From positions 601,442-665,441 of the forward strand of contig JACKFU010000001.1 of the NCBI GenBank assembly GCA_020632295.1: a DNA stretch of 64,000 nt. The letters are read 5' to 3'. A program made the translations under genes and the position numbers. The stretch comes from Candidatus Peribacteria bacterium. GTDB lineage: Bacteria; Patescibacteriota; Gracilibacteria; Peribacterales; Peribacteraceae. Below are positions 1-9,144 of the stretch, in pieces (position 1 is the first letter of the stretch; each line of letters opens with the position of its first letter). The notes below the pieces were generated by a model. The model made no database searches. It had not been told where the DNA came from and saw only the letters and a list, made by a program, of their open reading frames with translations.

Positions 1-437
1 TATGCATACTTTGGTGGTTCCTCTAGTGTCTTTAAGAGTGCGTTAAATGATTCTTTCGTAAGCATGTGCACCTCATCGATAATGTATACCTTGGCCCCAG
101 CAACGACGGGGGAGAATTGAATCTTTTCGATTAAATCTCGCACATGGTCGATACCGCGATTACTTGCCGCGTCGATTTCGAGCAGGTCTACGATGCTTCC
201 TTCCTCTACTCCTTTTTCAATTTGGTTCTTTACGCTGTCATCCTCTATGCCTTTGAGCATAAGATGTCTTGCGAGAATACGTGCTACAGATGTTTTTCCT
301 GTACCTCGGCTGCCGGCAAAGAGGTAGGCGTGCCCGAGCTTGTCTTTTTTGAGAGCGTTTTCCAACGTATCGGTAATGTGTTCTTGGCCATAGACATCTG
401 CAAAGAGCTTGGGCCGATATTTGCGGTAGAGAGACAT
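1..437 (-). CDS. dnaX: DNA polymerase III subunit gamma/tau, N-terminal part (runs off window start)
   Basis: Own translation from ATG at 437: MSLYRKYRPKLFADVYGQEHITDTLENALKKDKLGHAYLFAGSRGTGKTSVARILARHL...IDEVHMLTKESFNALLKTLEEPP. Walker A and clamp-loader boxes present. Absent from ORF track because there is no stop in the window. Confidence 0.85.
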   Translation of the reverse strand, partial: MSLYRKYRPKLFADVYGQEHITDTLENALKKDKLGHAYLFAGSRGTGKTSVARILARHLMLKGIEDDSVKNQIEKGVEEGSIVDLLEIDAASNRGIDHVRDLIEKIQFSPVVAGAKVYIIDEVHMLTKESFNALLKTLEEPPKYA

Positions 438-456
438 GGAGAAAAAGTATACAAGA

Positions 457-476
457 GGAAAGTGGAAAGTGGAAAG
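457..476. repeat. GGAAAGT heptamer tandem array (about 3 units) in divergent dnaX/dsbA-like spacer
   Basis: Direct reading: ggaaagtggaaagtggaaag. Confidence 0.9.
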
Positions 477-500
477 ATTCCAGTGTACTCTTGGGTCACT

Positions 501-1082
501 ATGAAAAAACTCCTCCTAACATCCCTCATTGTTTTACCTCTTGCAGCTTGTTCCACAGGTAGCAGCGACACTACACGCCCACCACGTGGCAATGCTAATG
601 CTTCTGTTCTCGTAGAAGAATTTGCTGATATACAGTGCCCAGCATGTCGTAGTGCCCATGAGCAGGTTTCTGCTCCGCTTCTTGAGAAGTATGGCAGTGA
701 TATTCGATTTGAATACAAGCACTTCCCACTACGCTCGATTCATCGCTTTGCACTCGATGCTGCTGAAATGAGCGAATGTGCAGCAGATCAGGGGAAGTTT
801 TGGGAGTTTCTTGATATGGCCTACGAGAACCAGCAAGACTTAAGTCAAGATGCTCTTCTCGAGTGGGTGAGTGCACTGGGTCTCAACACAGAGCAGGCAG
901 AACGATGCTTTAGTAGCCACAGTAAGCGCGGTACAGTTCTTGCAGATTACAAAGAAGGTCGCGATAGAGATGTTGGTGGAACACCAACGTACTTTGTCAA
1001 TGGTGAGCAAGTGCAAACTGGTTTCGATACACTTGGTGCAGCAATCGAGAAGGCGCTTGCAGGATCTGCGATGCCTCTTTAG
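501..1082 (+). CDS. DsbA-family thiol:disulfide oxidoreductase lipoprotein
   Basis: Start taken at MKKLLLTSLIVLPLAAC (lipobox). CPAC thioredoxin-fold motif in VEEFADIQCPACRSAH. The track ORF from 144 is an antisense-of-dnaX extension. Confidence 0.8.
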   Translation: MKKLLLTSLIVLPLAACSTGSSDTTRPPRGNANASVLVEEFADIQCPACRSAHEQVSAPLLEKYGSDIRFEYKHFPLRSIHRFALDAAEMSECAADQGKFWEFLDMAYENQQDLSQDALLEWVSALGLNTEQAERCFSSHSKRGTVLADYKEGRDRDVGGTPTYFVNGEQVQTGFDTLGAAIEKALAGSAMPL

Positions 1083-1657
1083 AACGGTTTGCTGATCTGC
1101 GCAAAACCATAGAGACGTTTTAGCTCTGTATCCCAGAGTGCAACTGTCCTGTAGGTAAATGGATTTTCTACTTCTGGCACAGGGAAGGATTGTGCACCAT
1201 ATGGCACTGTCATTACGCCGATGTCGAGTGCTGTCGTGTCGGGGAATGCACTGTCGCGTGGATCCACTACTGTCGTCAGAAATACGTGGAGTGATGGACC
1301 GGGTACGGTGTTGAAAAATGTAGAAAAATGAACCATGTTTTCTCTGTAGAGCACTTCTCCTTCGACGTATTGCTGCATAGGCACAAAGGTTCCGCGTTGT
1401 CCTTCACCTTGTGCAGCTCGTGCTGCTTTTGCAACCTTGAGCCACGTTTCCTTTGTACTATCTGCTAACGCTTTTACGGTTGTATCTTCCAGAATAGGAT
1501 CGTTGTAAATTTCTAAATTGACCATGGTATCTACCATGCTTTCAGCGTATGTCTCTGCGTAGAGGGGATTACTGAGCAGAGCATCTTGGTCTGGTGTAAA
1601 TTGCTGGGCACTGCAACCGATGAGGAGGATAGGTAGGAGTAGAGAGGTGTTTTTCAT
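1079..1657 (-). CDS. Lipoprotein with DM13-like domain
   Basis: Lipobox LLIGCSAQQ. C-terminal GTFVPM...EVLY...HFSTFFNTVPGPSLHVFLT pattern resembles the DM13 domain. Confidence 0.4.
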   Translation of the reverse strand: MKNTSLLLPILLIGCSAQQFTPDQDALLSNPLYAETYAESMVDTMVNLEIYNDPILEDTTVKALADSTKETWLKVAKAARAAQGEGQRGTFVPMQQYVEGEVLYRENMVHFSTFFNTVPGPSLHVFLTTVVDPRDSAFPDTTALDIGVMTVPYGAQSFPVPEVENPFTYRTVALWDTELKRLYGFAQISKPF

Positions 1658-1676
1658 AGACGGTATTGTAAGGTTA

Positions 1677-3725
1677 TTAGTTTAGGAGAGCTAGATAGTT
1701 TCGCGCAGAAGCAACGGTTTCTCCTTGTGCTTCAAGCGTACGCATGCCGGAGACAATTTGGCGTCGCAAGATGTAGGCAATAGAGCTGTACTGTCCGGCA
1801 GACACTCCTTTGATAATCAGGTTATTCCAGTACCAGTAGCTAAAGTTAAATTTGTTTGCATTCGCACTATCGACAATACGACCTGCTTCAGAGGAGCTTG
1901 TGCAGATATTTTGTGGTCCCCACCCTTCTTCACGGATTGCTGGGCGACCGTGTCCATCAATCAAATTATTTTCCAGTCCATCGCCGTGGCCCATGCCCGG
2001 ACGCATGCGCATTGGCGTTTCGGCTGCTGCACGTTCTCGTACTTTTGAAAGGTCTTGTGGTTGATACCCTCGTTCCAAACCCCATTGTACGTTGTAGAGC
2101 ATAACGCCAACAGTCCAGGCACAGTTTGAGTCGTGCTTGAATGCATGGTCATAGAATGGTTTTACTTCTGTGGGTAGTTGCTTGTATGCACTATCAATTG
2201 TTTCAAGCGCACTCCGTAGTGCGCGTGCCTTATCGGGCGTACTGGATTCTTTTGGTGCGCTGCTTCCAAAGTTCTTGAGGTAGTTTTCCATTGATTCAAG
2301 TTGTGCTTTATCTTGCTCTGTTATTGCCATTGGCCATGCCTCATTAAGTAGATTCCTTACTTCTTGCCAGTTTGCACTATCAAGTTCATGACGAATGCGT
2401 AGCATAAGGCCGTAGGGCAGGGTGCTTTCTATACCGTTGCGGCTTTCCATTTGGAGTCTGTATTCAACTTCAGCAACGTAGCTTTTTCTCTTTTCCCATT
2501 TCATCATTAGAAACAGTTCTACTGGAATGCGATGAAGCCCTTGGGGAGCTTTTTCTTTTGTCATCTGCTCCTCTACCTTATTGAATCGGTACCGTAGTTT
2601 TGCCCATTCTTTAATAAAGTTCTTTACTTCATGGAGCGTTCGTTCACTTTCTCGCATACTTGCTACAAGTTCTCCAACTCTATTAGCACTTATGTAGCCA
2701 GCTGTTGCTGCAGTTCTAATTTCTGCCGTTACTGCATTAGTCCACTCCTCTTTCCCTTTTTGTTTCGCAATAAGTGCATTATCAATACGTTTTACCATGT
2801 CTACTTTCTTGTCATAATGCAGCTCCATAAATTTCGTATCACTTTTAAAGATGCCGATATCCGCAATATCTTTTTGCCATAGTTCATGGAAGTGTGGTTT
2901 TTTTAGTAGCTCATCTCGTTTCCCATGCACTACTTTCCAACGCTCTATGTACGCGGGAAATTCTGCTGTCACAAATGCAACTTTTTTTTTAGGGCTGGTA
3001 CGAGGGTCTTTAAAACGTGCAATCCATCGTTTTTTTGAATCTGCTGTAATATGAACTCCAACAGATGCGCTGAGCAATTTATCAAATTGTTCAAAGAGTG
3101 ATTTTTCCGCTTCAATTAGCGGTAATGTGTTAATGAGTTCAGTTAAGAGATCTTCTCGCTCTTCAATCGATAGTTTTGAAAGAAACATCTTCGTATTCTT
3201 GAGGGTAGAAGCTTTGGTGCGTATTGCATAATTTGGCGATACCTCAAGCGATGCAAATCCTTTAGAGCCAAGCAGTCCTTGTCGCTTACTTGCAAGCGTG
3301 CGTCTACGTTGTAGGTAACTTGGTAGTATTTTTGCCATGGAGGTTAGTTTTTCTTCTGAATCTCGAGAGATGTCTTCCATCCATGTTATCCATTCATCAT
3401 ATGATTGTTTTGAAATAATATTATCCTGTAGAGCAATTGTAAGTTCTGCAACAGCACCGCTCTTTTTTTGTAGCTCAGAATGCAAGAGGGGTACAGCGTG
3501 TTTTTCATAGTTGTTCAGAGCCTCTTTAATAGCCGTGGAATCATGCCGAATACTATCAAGCCAGCTTTGAATTTGACGTACTTCTGCTTGAGAGGAGATA
3601 CGTTCTTGTATAAATATTGTACGAATGAAATCGTTATATTTGGATTGTAGTTGTGCATACATCCCTTCTGTATTTGCTTCTGTTTCTACAGCAAGCCGAG
3701 GAAATGTATCCGTACTCTCTTTCAT
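1677..3725 (-). CDS. Hypothetical 682-aa protein
   Basis: Long uninterrupted ORF, mostly helical-looking. No motif recognised. C-terminal GMGHGDGLENNLIDGHG segment. Confidence 0.6.
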   Translation of the reverse strand: MKESTDTFPRLAVETEANTEGMYAQLQSKYNDFIRTIFIQERISSQAEVRQIQSWLDSIRHDSTAIKEALNNYEKHAVPLLHSELQKKSGAVAELTIALQDNIISKQSYDEWITWMEDISRDSEEKLTSMAKILPSYLQRRRTLASKRQGLLGSKGFASLEVSPNYAIRTKASTLKNTKMFLSKLSIEEREDLLTELINTLPLIEAEKSLFEQFDKLLSASVGVHITADSKKRWIARFKDPRTSPKKKVAFVTAEFPAYIERWKVVHGKRDELLKKPHFHELWQKDIADIGIFKSDTKFMELHYDKKVDMVKRIDNALIAKQKGKEEWTNAVTAEIRTAATAGYISANRVGELVASMRESERTLHEVKNFIKEWAKLRYRFNKVEEQMTKEKAPQGLHRIPVELFLMMKWEKRKSYVAEVEYRLQMESRNGIESTLPYGLMLRIRHELDSANWQEVRNLLNEAWPMAITEQDKAQLESMENYLKNFGSSAPKESSTPDKARALRSALETIDSAYKQLPTEVKPFYDHAFKHDSNCAWTVGVMLYNVQWGLERGYQPQDLSKVRERAAAETPMRMRPGMGHGDGLENNLIDGHGRPAIREEGWGPQNICTSSSEAGRIVDSANANKFNFSYWYWNNLIIKGVSAGQYSSIAYILRRQIVSGMRTLEAQGETVASARNYLALLN

Positions 3726-3797
3726 GCCGACGTATTAAACGAGACTGGGCTGGAAAGAGCAATGGAGATCCGCTATTTTTGTGTTACCATCCTTCTC

Positions 3798-3824
3798 CTA
3801 ACACTCTAATACTCTAACACTCTA
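3798..3824. repeat. CTAAYACT octamer tandem array abutting the dcd start codon
   Basis: ctaacactctaatactctaacactcta followed directly by ATG at 3825. Confidence 0.9.
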
Positions 3825-4451
3825 ATGATTTTATCTGACAAAGACATTCGTAACGCAATCGCTACCGGTCGCGTAAAGGTGGAGTCCACTCAACAGGAAC
3901 TCTTCCAGTATATCCACGCCTCGTCGATGGATTTCCGTCTTGGAAACACGTTTAAGCTCTACGAGCATAGTAAGTTCCCGGTGCTTGACCCTCGTAACCC
4001 GGAGAGCTTTGCCGGTAATATGCGCACGATTACGGTTCCCGATGGTGAGGCGTATGTAGTGCAGCCAGGGGAGTTTGTCCTTGGTGTCACACAGGAGAAA
4101 ATCAGTTTACCCGATGACCTTGTTGCTCGTGTCGAAGGACGCAGCAGTCTTGGGCGTCTTGGTATTATCGTGCACTCTACTGCAGGGTTTGTGGATCCAG
4201 GGTTCTCCGGAACGATTACGCTTGAAATTAGCAACTTAAATCGTCTGCCAGTTGCGCTCTACCCAGGGATGCGTATTTGCCAGATTGCTTTTGAGCAAAT
4301 GAGCTCTGCTGCTGAAATGCCGTACCATAGTAAGCCCTTTAGCAAGTACCAGGGGCAGGTGCTCCCTGAAGAGAGTCGACTTGTTGTTGATCCTGAATTT
4401 GCGCAAACGGCAAAGGATTTGCCGTTAAATCAAGAGGTTCAGGTTGGTTGA
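3825..4451 (+). CDS. dcd: dCTP deaminase
   Basis: MILSDKDIRNAI... N-terminus and GFVDPGFSGTITLEISN motif typical of Dcd. Confidence 0.93.
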   Translation: MILSDKDIRNAIATGRVKVESTQQELFQYIHASSMDFRLGNTFKLYEHSKFPVLDPRNPESFAGNMRTITVPDGEAYVVQPGEFVLGVTQEKISLPDDLVARVEGRSSLGRLGIIVHSTAGFVDPGFSGTITLEISNLNRLPVALYPGMRICQIAFEQMSSAAEMPYHSKPFSKYQGQVLPEESRLVVDPEFAQTAKDLPLNQEVQVG

Positions 4452-4959
4452 ACTTCGTTGTAAACTCTATCTCCTCGAGTGTTATTACTGCACTCAGCAG
4501 TGAGGCTATTACTGTCTGCTGTCTTGTGACGGTTCTAAATTTGGATTTTGTGCTTTCAGCATCTTGCCAGATATTAGTTGCTGTGTGCCCATATTGCTTT
4601 TGAATTTCTGCATACGTCAGTCCATTACCAACACCGATGAGATAATCATGCTCACGTACTGAAACTTGCACTTTTCTCTGATTTGAGAGTGCATCGCGGA
4701 TAGGTGATGGTGCTTTCTTGTCCGCAAACACCTCAGGGGCATATATCAATGTATTCAATGAAATTCCCATACGACTTCCATGAAATATGCTGAGAACATC
4801 ACGCAATTTATTCACAGTCGTTTTCAATTGTATTGCCATTATGTCTGATATTTGTGCGTTATTTAGACCCCAAGCAACATAGGTGAATGCTTCGTATTGG
4901 CGTGGATGCAGCTGCATTGCATGCGCATATTCCTTTGAAGACAGTAAGGGGATCGCCAT
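4339..4959 (-). CDS. Hypothetical protein with two LuxR/GerE-like HTH modules
   Basis: RQYEAFTYVAWGLNNAQISDIMAIQLKTTVNKL and REHDYLIGVGNGLTYAEIQKQYGHTATNI resemble GerE-type HTH. The 3' end overlaps dcd by 113 nt. Confidence 0.45.
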   Translation of the reverse strand: MAIPLLSSKEYAHAMQLHPRQYEAFTYVAWGLNNAQISDIMAIQLKTTVNKLRDVLSIFHGSRMGISLNTLIYAPEVFADKKAPSPIRDALSNQRKVQVSVREHDYLIGVGNGLTYAEIQKQYGHTATNIWQDAESTKSKFRTVTRQQTVIASLLSAVITLEEIEFTTKFNQPEPLDLTANPLPFAQIQDQQQVDSLQGAPAPGTC

Positions 4960-5021
4960 AGGGTGCGCGATGCTATAGAAGCAGTGGCGAATTGTCTAAT
5001 AAAAGCGCTACACTCTTTTTG

Positions 5022-6464
5022 ATGCACCAATCGCGTTTTCATCAGCTATTTCTGACAGTTTTGATTGTTGCCATTGCCATTTCTGGCATTGGCCTCCTCT
5101 CCTATTGCTGGTTTCAGCTTACATCCGGATACCTCCACGGTGATGCGCTGATTTTCCAAACAGTGGGGAGGGGAATGCTGCACGGATACAAACCGTATGT
5201 CGATCTCTTTGAAACCAAGCCACCCGGAGTCTTTTTGCTCCACGCGCTTTCGTGGAAGCTGTTTGGGAGTCAGCTTCTTGTTTCTCTGCTGAGTGTTGCT
5301 TGCCTGCTTGGCATTCCGATTCTCGTGACTGTTCCTGTGGTGCAGGAGCGAAAGGTGCTCATTCTGCTGACTATGCTTTTTGGTCTTACACTTGCATTGT
5401 ACGTTGCCAATCAGGCCGGTGGGGGGCTTGCGGAAAGTTACGGGGCGTTCTTTGGTGTTGCCTTTCTGGGATTGTTGATTTCCGAGAGAATATCAACACT
5501 GAAGCCACTGCTTCTCGGCATACTTCTGCTCCTTGCAGTTGGCTTTAAAGAACCGTTTCTCCTTTCTATTCTTGCAGGCGTAATCGTACTTACAGATAGG
5601 CCAAAAGATCTGGTAACATCTTTTCTTGTTCCTGTTGGCATTACAGTCGTGCTGGGGCTTATTGGCTTATTTGCTTTTTCGCTCTTCGATCCGTTCTTCT
5701 CAATCTACCTTCCACACATGCTTGGGTTTCATGTGCATCAACATGATGGATCGACGTTTGTTCATGCACTTGAAATCTGGAGGACGTTTATCAATATGGG
5801 TGCGTACTCGTGGGGGTTTGCGGGAGCAATTACTGTACTTTGGCTTTTAGCTTTCAGCTTTCAGCTTTCAGCTTTCAGATATGTTGCTGCTTCGTATCTC
5901 ACGCTTCTCGCGATTGCCATTGGCGGAGACTTCTACGGTCATCACTTTGTGTTTGCCGTACCGTTTTACAGCGCACTGTGGTGGAAATTTTTAGGGAGCG
6001 GAAAGTGGGTGTTTGTGCTTATTGCGACAGGCTTGGTGTTTGCCGCACTGACTAGCACGCAGTTTTCGTATAAGAATGCTGCTACGCAATGGAAACAAAA
6101 AGAGGTGAGTATGCGGCAGGCCGCTACTACGATTGATGATGTTATGGATGCGTGTAACTGGGAGAAGTATCTGCAAATTATTCCGCGAGTGGGAGATGCA
6201 TTTGCGTATACCGATCATGTTCCGTACGGGCCAATCTTTCTCCACTATGCACGGTTTATTGGTGCGCGTCGCGAGTATCAAACAGCATTTATTCATGCCC
6301 TGAATGAGGCGAAGCTCATTTTGGTTCTCGACCTTCAGGAGTCTAACCTCTCTGAAGATGCCATTGAGTTTATTGGGGTGCATTTTGATGAGAATCCTCC
6401 TGCGTGTGTAGGAGGAGAATTTAGCCAGCCAGAGCCGTATTCTCTTCTCTTTAGGAAAAATTGA
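5022..6464 (+). CDS. ArnT/PMT-like (GT39/GT83-type) polytopic membrane glycosyltransferase
   Basis: About 12 TM segments. N-terminal loop GDALIFQTVGRGMLHGYKPYVDLFETKPPG is typical of the family. ATG at 5022 preferred over TTG at 4992. Confidence 0.6.
   Translation: MHQSRFHQLFLTVLIVAIAISGIGLLSYCWFQLTSGYLHGDALIFQTVGRGMLHGYKPYVDLFETKPPGVFLLHALSWKLFGSQLLVSLLSVACLLGIPILVTVPVVQERKVLILLTMLFGLTLALYVANQAGGGLAESYGAFFGVAFLGLLISERISTLKPLLLGILLLLAVGFKEPFLLSILAGVIVLTDRPKDLVTSFLVPVGITVVLGLIGLFAFSLFDPFFSIYLPHMLGFHVHQHDGSTFVHALEIWRTFINMGAYSWGFAGAITVLWLLAFSFQLSAFRYVAASYLTLLAIAIGGDFYGHHFVFAVPFYSALWWKFLGSGKWVFVLIATGLVFAALTSTQFSYKNAATQWKQKEVSMRQAATTIDDVMDACNWEKYLQIIPRVGDAFAYTDHVPYGPIFLHYARFIGARREYQTAFIHALNEAKLILVLDLQESNLSEDAIEFIGVHFDENPPACVGGEFSQPEPYSLLFRKN
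5843..5878. repeat. GCTTTYA heptamer tandem array (5 units) inside the glycosyltransferase CDS
   Basis: gcttttagctttcagctttcagctttcagctttcag, encoding LLAFSFQLSAFRY. Confidence 0.9.
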
Positions 6465-6497
6465 CATTAAATAATAAAAGTTTATTATATAAAATAT

Positions 6498-6755
6498 ATG
6501 GCATTGAAAGCACCTCACAATCACAACTCTTCCGGTGGCGAATTGCTCCCCGTTCTTGGTTCTTCCGACCTTCACGATGTTCTTCAAAGAGGCGATACGC
6601 GTGATGAGCGATATGCAATCGCACTAGCGTTGCATACGGGTCACATGGATGATTTTTGTCATAGCATGGAGAACTATAGGAAGCATCATGCAGGACAGTT
6701 AGCCTTTCCAGCAGATAGTGTTCCCTGTGGATCGTGCGCCCTGTATCGTGAGTAG
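6498..6755 (+). CDS. Possible small protein (85 aa), Cys/His-containing C-terminus
   Basis: ORF preceded by TTGACA (6454), 17 nt, then an A/T-rich -10-like box. FCH...CGSC could be a metal site. No family recognised. Confidence 0.3.
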   Translation: MALKAPHNHNSSGGELLPVLGSSDLHDVLQRGDTRDERYAIALALHTGHMDDFCHSMENYRKHHAGQLAFPADSVPCGSCALYRE

Positions 6756-6756
6756 C

Positions 6757-7422
6757 ATGACTATTTCCCCAGATCGCATTCTCTACGAGGACGAGCACCT
6801 CCTAGCCGTGAATAAACTCTCCGGTGAGCTTGTTGTGAAAGGGAAGGGAAAAGTGGGGAAGCTCCCACTCTTTGATTTCCTTAAGAGGGATTACCCTGGC
6901 TTGCATGTCGTGCACCGGTTGGATTTTGAAACGTCTGGTGTGGTTCTCTTTGCAAAACATAAAGAAGCAGAGGCAAAAATATTGATCAACAAATTTGATC
7001 AATGGGAGAAAAAATACGTCACCCTCGTCATGGGTCGTCTCCAGAGGAGACGGGGTGCAATTAGAACGAAACTCCCCGCTCGGAGCAGAGGGATGATTGA
7101 GGCAGAGACACTCTATACGGTTCTCGATCTCTTTGGGAATTCCTCGTACGTTGAATGCACCATTACGACGGGAAGACACCATCAGATTCGACGGCACTTT
7201 GCGAGTATTCATCATCCCCTTGTTCTGGATAAAGAGTATGGGCATGCGAAGTTTAATCAGCTGTTTCGCCAGGAGCTTGGATTTAGTAAGTTCTTCCTCC
7301 ACGCAGCCTCTCTTACATTTCCGCATCCGATGACAGGAAAGATAATCAAAATAGAGGCGCCACTCCCGAAGCCGTTTGCTGCGTGCATCAAGACATTGAA
7401 GTCGCTACAATCAACTCGATGA
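6757..7422 (+). CDS. RluA-family pseudouridine synthase
   Basis: ILYEDEHLLAVNK and catalytic HRLDFETSGVVLFAKH motif. ATG at 6757. Confidence 0.85.
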   Translation: MTISPDRILYEDEHLLAVNKLSGELVVKGKGKVGKLPLFDFLKRDYPGLHVVHRLDFETSGVVLFAKHKEAEAKILINKFDQWEKKYVTLVMGRLQRRRGAIRTKLPARSRGMIEAETLYTVLDLFGNSSYVECTITTGRHHQIRRHFASIHHPLVLDKEYGHAKFNQLFRQELGFSKFFLHAASLTFPHPMTGKIIKIEAPLPKPFAACIKTLKSLQSTR

Positions 7423-8375
7423 AAGTACTGTCTGCAATGCAGCCATCGGGAACGCTCCACCTGGGAAACTATTTTGGTTCTATGGTGCCAAATCGTGAGC
7501 TGCAGGAGCAAAGTGACGCAAGCTACTTCTTTATTGTTGATCTCCACGCTCTTACGACGGTGCACGATCCAGCAGTACTCAGGGCAGCACGCAGAGATGC
7601 TGTTCGTGATTATCTTGCTGCAGGCTTTGACCCAGAGAAGTCCATTATGTTTTTTCAGTCTGCAGTACTGGAGCATAGTGAGCTTATGTGGATTCTCTCA
7701 ACAGTGACGCCGATGGGTCTTTTGGAGCGGGCGGTAAGTTATAAGGACAAGGTGGAAAAGGGGATTGATGCGACGGCAGGACTCTTTACCTACCCTGTGC
7801 TTATGGCAGCAGATATTCTGCTGTATGACGCAGATCTCGTTCCTGTTGGCAAAGACCAGAAGCAGCATCTTGAGATGACACGCGATATTGCCATGAAGTT
7901 TAATAATATCTTCGGTGAAACATTTACGATTCCTGATGTGCAGATTCAGGAGATGGTTGCTGTTGTTCCAGGGACAGACGGTCAGAAAATGAGCAAAAGC
8001 TACGGAAACACCATTCCGCTTTTTGGAGATGAAAAGGCAATAAAAAAGGCAATTATGGGTATCGTGACTGACTCTAAGGATATGAATGACCCGAAAGATC
8101 CCGAAACGTGTGTTATCTATAAGATCCATCAGCTCTTCTTGAGTGTTGATGAAGCAGAGGCGCTTGCTGATGAGTATCGAAGTGGCATTGCGTACGGTGA
8201 TGCCAAAAAGAAGCTCTTTGAGACCTATATGGATTACTTCAAAGACATGAGGGAGAAACATGCATCTATTTCTGATGCGGATATTGATGATGTTATGGAA
8301 AAGGGGGCAGAACAAGCTTCAGCAGTAGCAAAAGCAAAAATGGAGCAAGTAAAACAGGCTGTAGGACTTATTTGA
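7419..8375 (+). CDS. trpS: Tryptophan--tRNA ligase
   Basis: QPSGTLHLGNYFG (HIGH-type) and KMSKS motifs. ATGA overlap with the upstream stop. Confidence 0.95.
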   Translation: MKVLSAMQPSGTLHLGNYFGSMVPNRELQEQSDASYFFIVDLHALTTVHDPAVLRAARRDAVRDYLAAGFDPEKSIMFFQSAVLEHSELMWILSTVTPMGLLERAVSYKDKVEKGIDATAGLFTYPVLMAADILLYDADLVPVGKDQKQHLEMTRDIAMKFNNIFGETFTIPDVQIQEMVAVVPGTDGQKMSKSYGNTIPLFGDEKAIKKAIMGIVTDSKDMNDPKDPETCVIYKIHQLFLSVDEAEALADEYRSGIAYGDAKKKLFETYMDYFKDMREKHASISDADIDDVMEKGAEQASAVAKAKMEQVKQAVGLI

Positions 8376-8425
8376 AATATTTTGCTTTTTTTGCTATAAT
8401 ATACAAGTAAGTTCAAACAAACATT

Positions 8426-9142
8426 ATGCTTAACATTCGAAATGTCCTCGTCGCAGTACTCATTGGTGTCATTGCAGTTCCTACCGCGATGACCGGTCTG
8501 TTTCAGTCGATTGATGACGATGGCATCAACTCAATTACCTCGACAATTGACCTAAGACAAAAGGCGCTCAACGATGCCGGTCGCGTCCGATATCTTCGCA
8601 GGAACTATTGGAGAGCTGTTGATGTGTATAATGAGCTTGTTCGTCTTGGATATGAGAACTTGATTCCTCCTGAAATTAATGAGGTGGATTCTATTGAGTA
8701 CTATCTGGATCCGGAGAATTTTACTGAAGCAGATCTTGATACTGTGCATGCTAGTGCTCCAGAGGAGATTGATGCTGGATATCTTGTTGCTGTCTCTGAG
8801 GCGCAACACGAGTACAACATGCTACCGCCACGTTGGAGGGATTTAATTGATGGATCTGTGGATTCGCAGTTCTGTGCACCTACTCTCAGCAAGTATACTG
8901 TTCAGGGGCAAGAAGATACTGATTTACACGATCTCTGTGTACGCCTACTTGATGAACGATTGGCTGCCATTTCCCCAAATTTATTCCAGCGTAGTGCGTA
9001 TCTTCGTGGGTTTAACCCGGTTGGATATGCTCCGCTTAGAAACCTTCGGAACAGGTTAAAAGTTTTGGAGGAATCGCTTATGTATGAAGATGGAACTTCT
9101 ATCCGTCCAAAAACTCATTCTGGTAACCGTCCACGATTATAA
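8426..9142 (+). CDS. Hypothetical N-terminally anchored protein, paralog A
   Basis: TM VLVAVLIGVIAVPTAMTGLF. Shares VH(A/G)SAPEE and overall layout with the next gene. Confidence 0.6.
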   Translation: MLNIRNVLVAVLIGVIAVPTAMTGLFQSIDDDGINSITSTIDLRQKALNDAGRVRYLRRNYWRAVDVYNELVRLGYENLIPPEINEVDSIEYYLDPENFTEADLDTVHASAPEEIDAGYLVAVSEAQHEYNMLPPRWRDLIDGSVDSQFCAPTLSKYTVQGQEDTDLHDLCVRLLDERLAAISPNLFQRSAYLRGFNPVGYAPLRNLRNRLKVLEESLMYEDGTSIRPKTHSGNRPRL

Positions 9143-9144
9143 TT

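Noticed and set aside
144-500. N-terminal 119-aa extension of the 312-aa track ORF
   Set aside because: It lies antisense to the well-supported dnaX N-terminus. A lipoprotein signal with its own ATG begins at 501.
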